Part shown: positions 24,222-35,485 of the stretch, piece by piece | Layout: each line of letters begins with the position of its first letter | How positions within the stretch are numbered: the stretch's first letter is position 1 | Assembly (NCBI GenBank): GCA_038087875.1 | Contig: CM075988.1 | Coordinates: 18,478,001 to 18,542,000, forward strand | DNA: 64,000 nucleotides | From: Malacoraja senta | Taxonomy: Eukaryota | Direction: 5' to 3' | Made by a program: the position numbers and the translations under genes | The notes under the pieces: model-generated | What the model was told of the DNA's origin: nothing | Database searches by the model: none | The model's input: the letters and a program-made list of their open reading frames with translations, nothing else

Positions 24222-24608
24222 AACGGTGGCCTGACTAACTCCTCTGCTGCTGTGGGAGAGCTGGAGATGCAAGTTAACGGCGGGGGGCCCCATCTTGTAC
24301 AGTTATCAGCCCTCTCTCACTAACTACCCACGGACCTAACATCCCCCAATGCCCAACTCACCCCGGCTCTCTATCCCCTCTGCTCCATGCTCACTAATGG
24401 TAGAACATCACAATCTCCAGAGTGTAAGGAATTCCTCAGTTTAAGTCCCTTTATTTGGGTTTTTCTCTCCCTGCCTCGGTCCTGCCACTCAGCTGCTAAT
24501 GATAACTGTGCGTTTCAGAAGGAGGAAGTCTACTCAGCTCCTTCCCCCGTGATTTGTCCGCAGCCTTGCGCTCGGTTCCTCTCCAGCAACTTCGCAGTAG
24601 GGAGGGGC

Positions 24609-25141
24609 CAGGGTCGCCAACTTTCTCACTCCCAGATTATGGACAAAAGGTCAAAATAAGGGACTGATTCCCGACCGGCAATTTGTTGACCGACTCAGCC
24701 GTGGCTGGGTGAATGATGAGTTGGCCCGGGTGCTGGACTGCACACAAAGCCCAGCCGGCGGGCCAGCTGAGGAGCTTTGGCCCGGGCGCTGGAATTTGCA
24801 CGCGACATCGCACGCAAAGTCCGGCACCCCATCCAACTCATGAACCGATGATTGGCCATGAGAAGGAGGGGTGGAGGTGGTGTCGACGATAAGCGAAGGT
24901 CCGAAGGCTGTCAGCTGGCCGGGCTGCCGACCGACGGGGCTACGGGCGAGGCGTTGCTGCTGCACTCCATGGGCTGCACTACGTCGGGACAGGTGAGGCG
25001 GGGCCGGACGCGCCGCTCCGACCCGACAGTCCCCTCGACCCGAGTAGTAGCAGTCGTATGAGGGCGGGTCCCATATGAGACAAACCAATTGAGCCCAATA
25101 TACGGGATATCCCGGCTAATACGGGACAGTCGGCAACCCTG
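24609..25141. mobile_element. hAT (Blackjack-like) non-autonomous DNA transposon
   Basis: TIR CAGGGTCGCCAACT / AGTCGGCAACCCTG; 8-bp TSD GGAGGGGC (24601-24608) / GGAGGGAC (25142-25149); subterminal (C)GGGAC motifs. Confidence 0.85.
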
Positions 25142-25289
25142 GGAGGGACACACTGATGAGTCCCTTCCTTGTCCAGCCCACATGAGGCAGTGAATCTCAC
25201 CTGAGGGCTGGCCTTCCTGCCCTGAATTCACTCAGGATCTGCGTTGACATCATCCACACATTCGTCAGTCACGGTGGCGCACAGCATCC

Positions 25290-25566
25290 GATTTATATCA
25301 ATGGTTTTGATTCTGAAAACGAATGATGAAATGCACAGCTGTTACCAAGGAACAGACGCCAGTGGACAAGTGAAATTGCAGCCCTGGGCGGGCACGATGC
25401 ATGCTGCATGTGAGGGGAACAATGAGAATTGATTAGCAATATCAATTGGAGGTGGAGTGTGTGGGAGGGACAAAAAGGCAATTAACGAACTTTACAGTTA
25501 GTACAGAAAGAAGCATGTTAGACTCTGCCTCCTCAATGCTGGGTTACAATCTAGTTTAGTTCAGAG
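25290..25566 (-). repeat. Inverted duplicate of ~18872-18920 + 19621-19843 (lacks the Harbinger insertion)
   Basis: Shared GCTGTGCATTTCA..TTTTCAGAATC.AAACCATTGATAT, CCCAGGGCTGCAATT.CACTTGTCCACTG and CAGCATTGA.GAGG.AGAGTCTAACA. Confidence 0.9.
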
Positions 25567-25570
25567 ACCC

Positions 25571-25850
25571 AGCTGCCTTACAGCGCTTGTAGCGCCAGAG
25601 ACCCGGGTTCGATCCTGACTACGGGTGCTGTCTGTACAGAGTTTGTACGCTCTCCCCATGACCTGCGTGGGTTTTCGCCGAGATCTTCGGTTTCCTCCCA
25701 CACGCCAAAAACGTACAGGTTTGTACGTTAATTGGCTTGGTGTATGTGTAAATTGTCCCTAGAGTGTGTAGTATAGTGTTTATGTGCGGGGGTCGCTGGT
25801 CGGCGCGTACTCGGTGGGGGGGCCTGTTTCCACGTTGTATCTGTAAAAAA
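25571..25850 (+). mobile_element. HE1-type V-SINE (5'-truncated)
   Basis: B box GGGTTCGATCC, V domain, tail, A-rich end. Confidence 0.9.
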
Positions 25851-26373
25851 ATAAAAAATAAATTAAAAAATTAAAAATAAATTAAAAAATAAAAACTTCA
25901 CCAGAACTGTTCCTCTTTCCGCAGATGCTGCCTGACCCCGCTGGTTGTTTCCACGGTTTTCCGTTTTTTATTCAGATTTCCACCATTTTGACCTGCAAAA
26001 GAGCTGCATGATATTCATGGCGATCCTGAAAGGAAAATTACAGAAATGATAGATAGATAGATAAATGATTTTTTTTCCCGTGTTCCTTTGACGGGCCGCT
26101 GTAAGGAGCAATATTGCTGGTGAAAATGTGGCTAGCCTGAGAGTTACATAAGTTTGGAAGTTTATTCTGATTGGGGTGCAGCTGAAATACAATCAATCAA
26201 CTTTTACTTAATGCACACAGTTCTTTGCAAACAAATACAACCTTTAGGAACTTGGTTGATTTCCCAGTTGATACTTCTGAAAGAAAATAAGATTTGCGTT
26301 TCTATTAAGACTTTCCAAGATCCCTGGCAGTCAATTTTTTGAAAGTTTAATGTGGGCAATATCCCAGCTTGTA

Positions 26374-26503
26374 CAGTGCCCTCCATAATGTTTGGGACAA
26401 AGACCCATCATTTATTTAATTGCCTCTGTACTCAACAATTTGAGATTTGTAATAGAAAAAAAAATCACATGTGTTTAAAGTGCACATTGTCAGATTTTAA
26501 TAA
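26374..26503. mobile_element. Tc1/mariner terminal fragment (single end)
   Basis: TA followed by CAGTGCCCTCCATAATGTTTGGGACA, a Tc1-type TIR start; no partner end seen. Confidence 0.6.
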
Positions 26504-27283
26504 TTTAAGAGGAAGGGCAACTATTTTACACAAAGGGTGGTAGGTGTAGGAACAAGCTGCCAGAGGAGGTAGTTGGGGCAGGCACTATCACAACATTTGG
26601 ACAGGTACATGGATAGGATATGAGCCAAACGCAAGCAGGAGGGACTAGTGTAGATATAGTATACGGGTCAGAGTGGGCAAGTGGGGCCGAAGGGCCAGTT
26701 TCCACACTCTATGACTATGACTATGTAATTCATGTTCCTGAATCCATTAGAAATGGTTATTTGATTGTAAAACGGTATCCTGATAAGATTGTGCTAACTA
26801 TATTGACAAAAGAGTAATCGAGTCATAGTGTCACACAGCTTGGAAACAGGCCATTTAGCCCAACGTGTCCATGCCAACCAAGATGCCGCATATCTCTCTA
26901 AAACTTTCCTCTCTATAAAACCTTTTCGATCTAGAATCCAACTTGCTGCAAACAGTCTAATTCAATGTTTCCAAAGCAAAGCAAATATGTTTCATTCAAC
27001 TGGCATTAACGAAGAAGAACTTTGCAATAACATGTTGTAAACCACTTTATTTTATGCAAGTCATGCTCCTGAATTCATTGGACATATTTATTTGATTGTA
27101 AAACATTGTCCTGAAGAGTGAGAGGAAAGCATATTTTAAAAAATCCCACTTGGAACAAACAATCTGATTTTTTACCTGTGTAAGAATTTGTGATGTGTAC
27201 ATGTTCACCAGTCACCTCAAATAGCACAAAACCAGGGTTTGGGACTTTGATCCCTTGGATGAGATATTGTAATTGAAGTACAT

Positions 27284-27598
27284 GGGAGACAAGTTGGCGC
27301 AGCGGTAGAGTTGCTGCATTACAGCGCTTGCAGCACCGGAGACTTGGGTTCGATCCTGACTACGGGTGCTGTCTGTACGGAGTTTGCACGTTCTCCCCGT
27401 GACCGCGTGGGTTTTCTCCGAGATCTTCGTTTTCCTCCCACACTCCAAAGACGTACAGGTTTGTAGGTTAATTGGCTTGGTGTATGTGTAAATTGTCCCT
27501 AGTGTGTGTAGGATAGTGTTAATGTGCGGGGATCGCTGGTCCGCGCAGTCTCGGTGGGCCGAAGGGCCTGTTTCTGCTTTGTATCTCTAAACTAAACT
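27284..27598 (+). mobile_element. HE1-type V-SINE
   Basis: A/B boxes, V domain, CTAAACTAAAC tail. Confidence 0.95.
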
Positions 27599-27856
27599 AC
27601 TTGCACAAGATGTGAAATGCAACACGCGGAAACCTCAGCAAAACACAAAGAGTTGGTGGAACTCAGTGGATCACAACATGTGTTGGGGGAATGGACAGGC
27701 AACATTTCGGGTCATGACCCTTCTTCAGACTCCAGTACTTTGCTTTTTGCTCAAGATTCCAGCATCTGCAGCGTAATCTGTCCATTCCCTCCACGGATGC
27801 TGCCTGACCCACTGAGGGTTGCTTCAGCACTTTGTTTGTTGTTTATGTTCCAGCAA

Positions 27857-28403
27857 GGGGCAACGCAGAGGCACAGCGGTAGAGTTGCTGCCTTGCAGCG
27901 CCAAAGATCCACATTCGATCCTGACTATGGGTGACGTCTGTACGGAGTTTGTGTGTTCTCCCCGTGACCTGCGTGGGTTTATTCCGGGAGCTCCGGTTTC
28001 CTCCCACACTCCAAAGACGTGGAGGGTTGCAGTTTAATTGTCTTTGGTAAAATTATAAATTGCCCCTTGTGTGTGTAGGATGGTGTTAGTGTGAGGGGAT
28101 CTCTGGTCTCCGTGGGCCGAAAGGCCTGTTTCCGCAATGTATTTAGAGACACTGCGTGGAAACGGGCCTTGCGGTCCCCCGAGTCCATGCCGACCAGCGA
28201 TCACCCTGTACTCCTGTACTATCCTACACACTAGGGACAATTTACAATTGTACCGAAGACAATTAACCTACAATCCTGCACGACTTTGGGATGTGGGAGG
28301 AAATACATCATAGCACCCGGAGAAAACCCACACTGTCACAGAGAGAATGTGTAAACTCCGTACCCGGATCGAACCAGCAAATTCTACGGCTGCTCCACTG
28401 TGC
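27857..28403. mobile_element. Tail-to-tail pair of HE1 SINEs (plus ~27857-28142, minus ~28143-28403)
   Basis: Forward copy ends GGCCTGTTTCCGCAATGTA, immediately followed by reverse tail TTTAGAGACACTGCGTGGAAACGGGCC. Confidence 0.9.
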
Positions 28404-28821
28404 TGTATATCTAAACTAAACCTGGTCGGCATGGACATCGTAGGCCGAAAGACCTCCATCCAAATTTGTACAGTTCCATGACTCGAAATATCCAATGATG
28501 AAAAATTGTGAGGCGTTGTCCACCTTACTGACCTTGTTCGCCCTTGTTCGCAATCTATAACACAGAGACGACAAACACCATTGTGATTTTGCTGCCAATT
28601 GCTTTGTACTCTGGCCAACATTTACTGACTGTAGATTGGACTTGAGCTTCTTTTTGTACTTGTCTGATTGGAAGGCATGGCAGTTAGTCAATGAATTATT
28701 AACTGGACAATAGATGAATAACCCCCAAAGAGGAGATGTTGCTGAGTCATGATTCCTCGATGCTCCTGTGTCATCATTACAATGTGGCGAGTGTTACCAA
28801 TCTGCTTGTCGGGAAGGTGGA

Positions 28822-29160
28822 GGCTAAGTGTTCGGCTGGCAACCGGAAGGTAGCCGGTTCGAATCCCGCTTGGAGTGCATACTGTCGTTGTGTCCTTGGG
28901 CAAGACACTTCACCCACCTTTGCCTGCGTGTGAATGTGTGTGATTGTGTGTGAATGTGTGTGAGTGACTGGTGGTGGTCGGAGGGGCCGTAGGCGCAGAT
29001 TAACAGCCACGCTTCCGTCAGTCTGCCCCAGGGCAGCTGTGGCTACAGAAATAGCTCACCACCACCGAGTGTGACTGAGGAGTGAATGAATAATGCGATG
29101 TAAAGCGCCTTGAGTATTAGAAAGGCGCTATATAAATCCCATCCATTATTATTATTATTA
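28822..29160 (+). mobile_element. tRNA-derived SINE with L2-type tail, teleost-like family (5'-truncated)
   Basis: B box GGTTCGAATCC, GTGTCCTTGGGCAAGACACTT, CTGCCCCAGGGCAGCTGTGGCTAC, TGTAAAGCGCCTTGAG..AAAGGCGCTATATAAAT, (ATT)n; near-identical to 54176-54539. Confidence 0.9.
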
Positions 29161-29199
29161 CCTCATCAATGACCTATCACTGATTAAGCAACGATTAGA

Positions 29200-29765
29200 T
29201 AGATAGATTGATTGAAAGATACAGCATGGAAACAGGCCCCTTCAGCCCACCAAGCCCATTCGGACGATTGATCACCCATTCACACTAGTTCTATGAGTAG
29301 GAGGGAACTGCAGATGCTGGTTTATCCCCGGAGATAGACACAAAGTGCTGGAGGAACTCAGCGGGTCACAGGCAGCGACTCTGGAGAAAAAGGATTCGTG
29401 ATGTTTTGGGTCAGAACCCTTCTTCAGGTAGTCTGAAACCAGTCTGAAGAAGGGAGCCGACCCGAAATGTCACCCATCCTTTTTCTACAGAGATGCTGCC
29501 CGACCCGTTGAGTTACTCCAGCACTTTGTGTCACACTGGTTCTATGTTATTCGACTTTCTCATCCACTCCCTACACACTAAGAGCAATTTACAGAGGGCC
29601 AAATAACCTACAAACTTTGGAATGTTGGAGGAAACCGGAGCGCCAGGAGGAAATCCACACAGTCACAGGGAGAACGTACAAACTCCGCACAGACAGCACC
29701 CATGGTCGGGATCGAGCCCGTGTCTCTGGTGCTGTGAGGCAGCAGCTGCACTCCCGTGTCGCCCT
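29200..29765 (-). mobile_element. HE1-type SINE interrupted by a Penelope palindrome (29296-29530)
   Basis: 16-bp direct repeat TCACACT(A/G)GTTCTATG at 29280-29295 and 29531-29546. Confidence 0.85.
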
Positions 29766-30230
29766 GAGCCAATTTTGCTTCTCATCTCTCATGGTTTGTT
29801 TTCTTTACAGACTGATGGCCGGAGAACACCACTGGAACAGTCGAGTCCTGTCTTTGATGGAAACAGACTTGGGAAGCAGGAGCAGGGAGGAGAGGTCAAT
29901 CACTCCCAAGGATGCACTCCGACATTCAATATTATCCTGGCAGATCATCCACTGTGCCACCTTCTCCTGTATCCCATCATCACTTTGCTTGATTGGTATG
30001 CCAACTTGGTTGGCATAGACAAGGTGGGCCAAAGGGCCTGTTTCTGTGATGTACAGAACTATGACTCTCACGGTAAAGCTGTTTCTGCCAGTATTGAACA
30101 CTTCCATCCTGAGAGGAAGACTCTGAACATCAACCCTATCTCTCATCATCTTATACAAATCCATCAGGTGTCCTCTCAGCCTCCAAATGCTGCAGAGGAA
30201 ACAATCCGGGTTTGTCCATCCTGGGCTGGA

Positions 30231-31200
30231 AATAGACAATAGACAATAGGTGCAGGAGTAGGCCATTTGGCCCTTCGATCACATTGGCCCAATGTGATCA
30301 TGGCTGATCATCCACAATCAGTACCCCGTTCCTGCCTTCTCCCCATATCCCCTGACTCCGCTATTTTTAAGAGCCCTATCTAGCTCTCTCATGAAAGCAT
30401 CCAGAGAACCTGCCTCCACCGCCCTCTGAGGCAGAGAATTGGAGCTCAAGTTCAAGTTTCAAGTTCACATTTATTGTCACATGCTGTGAGGATTTACTAG
30501 GATGTTGCCAGGACTCAAGGGCCTGAGCTATTGGGGAGAAGGCAGGAGAATGGGGTTCAGGAGTGAGAGATAGATCAGCCACGATTGAATGGCGGAGTAG
30601 ACTTGATGGTCCGAATGGCCTGATTCTAGTCCTTTCACTTCTGACCTTATGAGAGGTTGAGCAGGTGAAGAAAATTCCTTGGAGCGCAGGAGGACGAGGG
30701 TGGTCTTATAGAGGTGTACAAAATCACCAGAGGAATAAATCGGGTAAAAGCAGAGCTTCTTGCCCAGAGTAGGGGAATTGAGAATCAAAGGTCATAGGTT
30801 TAAGGTGAGGGGAGGGAAGATTTATTAGGAACCTGAAGGGTAACCTTTTCACACCAAGTGTGGTGGGTGTATGGAATGATATGCCGGAGGAGGTAGTTGA
30901 GGCAGGTACTATCGTAACTTTTATGAAACCTTTAGACAGGTACGTGGATGGGACAGGTTTAGAGGGATTTGGGCCAAACTAGAGCAGGTGTGATAAGTCT
31001 GTCTGAAGTCTGAAGAAGGGTTTCGGCCCGAAACATTGCCTATCTCCTTCGCTCCATAGATGCTGCTGCACCCGCTGAGTGTCTCCAGCATTTTTGTGTA
31101 CCTCAGGTGTGATAAGTGTAGGTGGGACATGTTGGTCGGTGTGGGCAGGTTGGGCTGAAGGGCCAGTTTTCCACATTGTATGATTCTATGATTCTATGAC
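30231..31200. mobile_element. Cluster of CR1/HER1 3' fragments (minus ~30231-30440; plus ~30490-31200) with a Penelope unit at 30999-31103
   Basis: CR1 tails and ORF2 motifs; insert flanked by CAGGTGTGATAAGT (30985-30998 / 31104-31117). Confidence 0.85.
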
Positions 31201-31737
31201 TCCAACCACTCCTGCACCCTCTCCAAAGCCTGCGCACTCTTCCTCTAAGTGGCCGACCAGAACTGCTCACAATACCAACATACAAACCTTGTTCTCAGCC
31301 CAGATTCAAGTGGCAGACCCTTTGTTCTGAGCGATGCTCCCTCATTCAGTGCCGGGCCAGCTGAAGGAAGCAAGCACTCAGCATCCATATATCCCTGAGA
31401 CACAAGAGGGGCCATTATGGAAATACTTTGTTCTCTCTTGCAAGCACATTTCCTTGGTCTGCTTCAGGTTTAATGGGATCATTATGATTAATGAATACTG
31501 GCATGTGACCCAATTGTGGCAAAAGAATTGAGTCTGCTGAGCAGAGAATACATCGTAGAAATTGTGCAGAAGGATCTTGAAAACATTACCAATTAATTCT
31601 GCTCTTATACCTCTTTTAATGGATTCCTCAGTAATTAAAGATAAACTCATGACTTGTTATTGCAAATATTTCCTCTCGGTCACTGTCGACTGAATAGGAA
31701 GTTGAGACTGAATTAAGAGATACTATAGCATAGCAGT

Positions 31738-31754
31738 TGACTAGAGGGCAGCCA
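31738..31754 (+). promoter_or_regulatory. Candidate CTCF binding site
   Basis: TGACTAGAGGGCAGCCA matches the CTCF core (CCACYAGRKGGCRS) and lies in unique sequence; motif match only. Confidence 0.45.
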
Positions 31755-32011
31755 TTGCATTGACCATAATTGAGGCTTTTCTCAATGGCCATAATAAATA
31801 ATATTCAGAAAAATAAAACTTTCTGAAACTTCTGTTTCTGGTAATGACTGTGTAACTCGATGGTGACGTTGGGAGGTGTAAAGGGTGAGAAGCCACAATG
31901 GATAACATCCCCAGAGAGAGATAGAGAGAGAGCTTGCCAACAGATGCACTCTTCTGCTACATGCACTCTACCTTTGAAAGCTGCATACAAATTCATTGTG
32001 GAGATAGATAC

Positions 32012-32148
32012 TTCTTCTTGCGTATGGCGTACACAGCCTAAAGTTGTAGGGCAACTTGTTCTATTTGATCTTACTTGATTGTGCACGCCAGGTTGATTGC
32101 ATTCGTCAAAACTTGGCGGACCACGTGAAGGTTGCAATCTCCCACCCT
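32012..32148 (-). mobile_element. 137-nt non-autonomous Ingi/Vingi-like retroelement
   Basis: TSD GAGATAGA(T/C)AC (32001-32011 / 32149-32159); 3' end GCCATACGC(AAG)n typical of Vingi-type tails; ribozyme-like 5' end. Confidence 0.75.
32095..32148 (-). ncRNA. Putative minimal HDV-like ribozyme (54 nt)
   Basis: AGGGUGG-GA-GAUUGCA-ACC-UUCACGU-GGU-CCGCCAA-GUUUUGACGAA-UGCAAUC: P2 7/7 bp, P3 3/3 bp, P1 5/7 bp, 7-nt L3, J4/2 CGAA. Confidence 0.7.
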
Positions 32149-32258
32149 GAGATAGACACAAAATGCTGGAGTAACTCAGTGGGTCAGGCAGAAACTCTGG
32201 AGAAAAAAAGTGGGTGAAGCTTCGGGTCAAGACCCTTCTTCAGTCACGATCCGAAAAC

Positions 32259-32458
32259 NNNNNNNNNNNNNNNNNNNNNNNNNNNNNNNNNNNNNNNNNN
32301 NNNNNNNNNNNNNNNNNNNNNNNNNNNNNNNNNNNNNNNNNNNNNNNNNNNNNNNNNNNNNNNNNNNNNNNNNNNNNNNNNNNNNNNNNNNNNNNNNNNN
32401 NNNNNNNNNNNNNNNNNNNNNNNNNNNNNNNNNNNNNNNNNNNNNNNNNNNNNNNNNN
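32259..32458. other. Assembly gap (200 N placeholder)
   Basis: Run of exactly 200 n. Confidence 1.
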
Positions 32459-32574
32459 TTTCCTATTTTCAGAATCCAGGTCCTTGGTGATCAATGTATA
32501 ATTAGTACTACTGATTATTAATTTATTGTATTATTTACTCCAAAGTAATACAGGTTTGTAGATTAATTGGCTAT

Positions 32575-32835
32575 CACTATAATAGTTACCTAGTGTTATA
32601 GTTACCTAGTATTACTATTATAGTTACTTAGTACTATAGTTACCTAGTATTACTGTTAGTTATCTAGTATCACTGTTATAATTACCTAATATTATAGTTA
32701 GTTATAGTCTGAAGAAGGGTCTCGACCCGAAACGTCACCCATTCCTTCAGAGATGCTACCTGTCCTGCTGAGTTACTCCAGCTTTTTGTGTCTATCTTAT
32801 AGCTACTTAGTATTGCTGTTATGGTTACCTGGTAT
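32575..32835. repeat. Degenerate minisatellite (TATAGTTACCTAGTAT-like units) with inserted Penelope unit (~32706-32796)
   Basis: Repeated TAGTTAC(C/T)TAGT units on both sides of the insert. Confidence 0.75.
32709..32736 (+). ncRNA. Minimal hammerhead ribozyme core (Penelope-associated)
   Basis: CUGAAGA-A-GGGUC-UC-GACCC-GAAAC-GUC; palindromic ACGU replaces helix III; helix I only ~2 bp. Confidence 0.6.
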
Positions 32836-33349
32836 TGCAGGCCACTTAAGCTGCAGCAAATAAGATTGTCATGGTTCCATTGCTGGTACATATGATAATT
32901 AGACACTCTTGAGCTTTGACTCTTCACCCCTGGTCCTGGCACTGAAGCCTCAGGCAGTGAGTGGTGACAGCATGTCTGCTTGGATGACAGAGCCACCGCG
33001 AACAACTGCCTGGGACTTCAGCACGACCAGCCTGCCGCTCAATTGTAGCTCGATCACTCACAATATGGTGGCCCACACCACCATAACCACCGACCATGCC
33101 AGCGTATCCCGCCCTGCAGCCTAACGATTGTTGTTCCCATTAGTAGTGACCTGTGCACCATTCCCGGGAAGGTGCGGTGGGAAGCTGGAGGTTACACGGG
33201 CCTCCCGTTGCAAGCTGAACGCTGGCGGCTCGGAGCAGCGTTGAGCTTTCTCCAGCAGGATGAAGAAGTTCAGGCTGGGCCTCCCGCTGAGATGCCAGCT
33301 GCCCGTCTCCATGCCGACATCTGTCAGCGGAACTCTGCTGTTAGCGGGG

Positions 33350-34222
33350 ACGTAGACAGGCCTGGGTTTGACGGCACTCGCTGGAGTTTAGAAGGATGAG
33401 GGGGAACCTCATTGATACTGACCAAATAGTGATAGGCCCGCTGAGAGAGGATGTGGAGAGAATGTTTCTACTCGTGGGAGAGTCTAGGACCAGAGGTCAT
33501 GGCCTCAGAATAAAATGACGTACCTTTAGAAAGGAGATGAGGAACGATTTATTTAGCCAGAGGGTGGTGAATCTGTGGGATTCTGCCACACAGACAACTG
33601 TGGAGACCAAGTCAATGGAGATATATATATATATATATATATATTTTTTTTAATAATATTTTTATTAGAAGCATGTACATATCATAATCAAAACACATTT
33701 TGTATATCAATTACATATTGTTAATAGATGGGATTCCAACTATCAAAGTAATAGGGGTCCTCATTTATCAATTGTATATTAACTCTGCTTCTATTTGTTT
33801 TTTTTTATAGATAGGGAGAGCGAAGAAAAAAAACCACGATAAAAAAGAATAGAATAATTTACCAATGATACAACTTTGGAGATAGGTCCATAGATTATAA
33901 AACATAACTGTTCATCTAATCCTGGGTTTAAGCTTCAGTCAGACTTCCGTGCTGGATCAATTTACCCTTTCAGAAAGTCAATAAATGCAGACCATATTCC
34001 AGCAAATAATTCTTGTGTGTCAATTAAGACAAGTCTAGTTCTTTCCAAATGTAAGGTCAATGGATATTTTTAAGGTGGAGATTGGTAGATTCTTGATAAG
34101 TACAGGTGTCAAGGGTTCTGGGGAGAAGGCAGGAGAATGGGGTTGAGAGGGGACGATAGATCAGCCATGATTGACTCGATGGGCCGGATGGCCTAATTCT
34201 GCTCCAACAACTTATGAACTGA
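33350..34222 (+). mobile_element. CR1 3' fragment interrupted by a minus-strand L1 3' end (33620-34055)
   Basis: CR1 VERMFLLVGESRTRGH; insert translates LHLERTRLVLIDTQELFAGIWSAFIDFLKG with poly(T)/(AT)n; duplicated GTCAATGGA at 33611 and 34056. Confidence 0.85.
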
Positions 34223-34734
34223 ACACACGCCGCTTCCAACTGCTGATTCACCAGCCCCATCCACCCCTTGCAACTCTCACTCGGAGGTCTTTTCCCACAA
34301 TGTTCGGATGCAATCAGATCAGTAAAAAGACAGAGATTACCACTTTGTCTCTCACTTTGGGTCTATCAAGGACAATCTGTAGTCAAGAGTGTCTGCCCTG
34401 CTGTGTAAGATTCGTCACTCTTCTGATTACAACCAGTTCATAATTTCTTCGAGATATTTATCATAGTTTTGAATTATTCTTGTTTTTTTCCTGCGATAAG
34501 GGATATTTGTTCTTGTGGTCTTCCCGAGGATCAGATATTAAATGCATTCCCGGAGCAGGGATGCGCCAGAAACTCGGTCTAATTGCTACGTTGATTAATC
34601 AGAGGCGGAAAGGATTAAGTTTCATCTCCTAAGGTCTCAATGAAATATTTAAGGCTTTCCTACGTGTGATTATTTGCGGCAGAATACATTTACAGCACGT
34701 AAGCCAATTGTTCCTGCAATAGTCACTGCTGAAA

Positions 34735-34905
34735 TCAAGAGTCAAGAGTGTTTTATTGCCTTGTGTCCAAGATAGAACAATGAAATTCCTTCTTGCTGCA
34801 GCACAACAGAATATATACACACAGTACACTGTACACAATATTATAACGAGAGAGAAAAAAGGTTGGTGTGTGTATGTATACACACACTCACAAATACACA
34901 CCCAC

Positions 34906-34940
<35 letters not shown>

Positions 34941-35190
34941 CCATATATATATATAGATCATATATATATATACACACACATACGTACACACAATAATAGT
35001 CTATGTAGTCCAGAGCTTATTTGAGGTTATAGTGTTTAATAGCTGAATAGCTGCAGGGAAGAAGCTGGATGTTACAGTTTTCAGGCTCCTGTACCTTCTT
35101 CCCAATGGCAGGGGTGAAATGAGAGTGTGGCCAGGGTGGTGAGGGCCTCTGATGATGCTGGCTGCCTTTTTGAGGCAGCGACTCCTGGTA
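34735..35190 (-). mobile_element. Rex1/Babar LINE 3' fragment
   Basis: RSRCLKKAASIIRGPHHPGHTLISPLPLGRRYRSLKT; CTTGACT tail. Confidence 0.9.
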
Positions 35191-35485
35191 GGTTTCATCA
35201 TTCACGCAACCTCACTCCGCCTATGGCCCCAACACTCACATGAGGGTGGGAGCTGGAAGCGGGCCCCGGCCTGTGGGTCGGAAGCCGCGGAGCCGGCCCC
35301 TGCTCTCACCCCCCCCCCGCCACCGGACGCACTGAGACTCGGTTGGTAGTGGGGAAGCCTCCGAACAGGCCCTTCCCTTCCCCGAACACCGGACACCGAG
35401 TGGAGCAGGCCGGCAATGTTCACCTGGCAATCAGATCAGTAAAAAGACAGAGATTAGCCTATCAAGGACAATCTATAATCAAGAG

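Noticed and set aside
29617..30266. 133-206 aa ORFs
   Set aside because: Read through SINE and CR1 fragments
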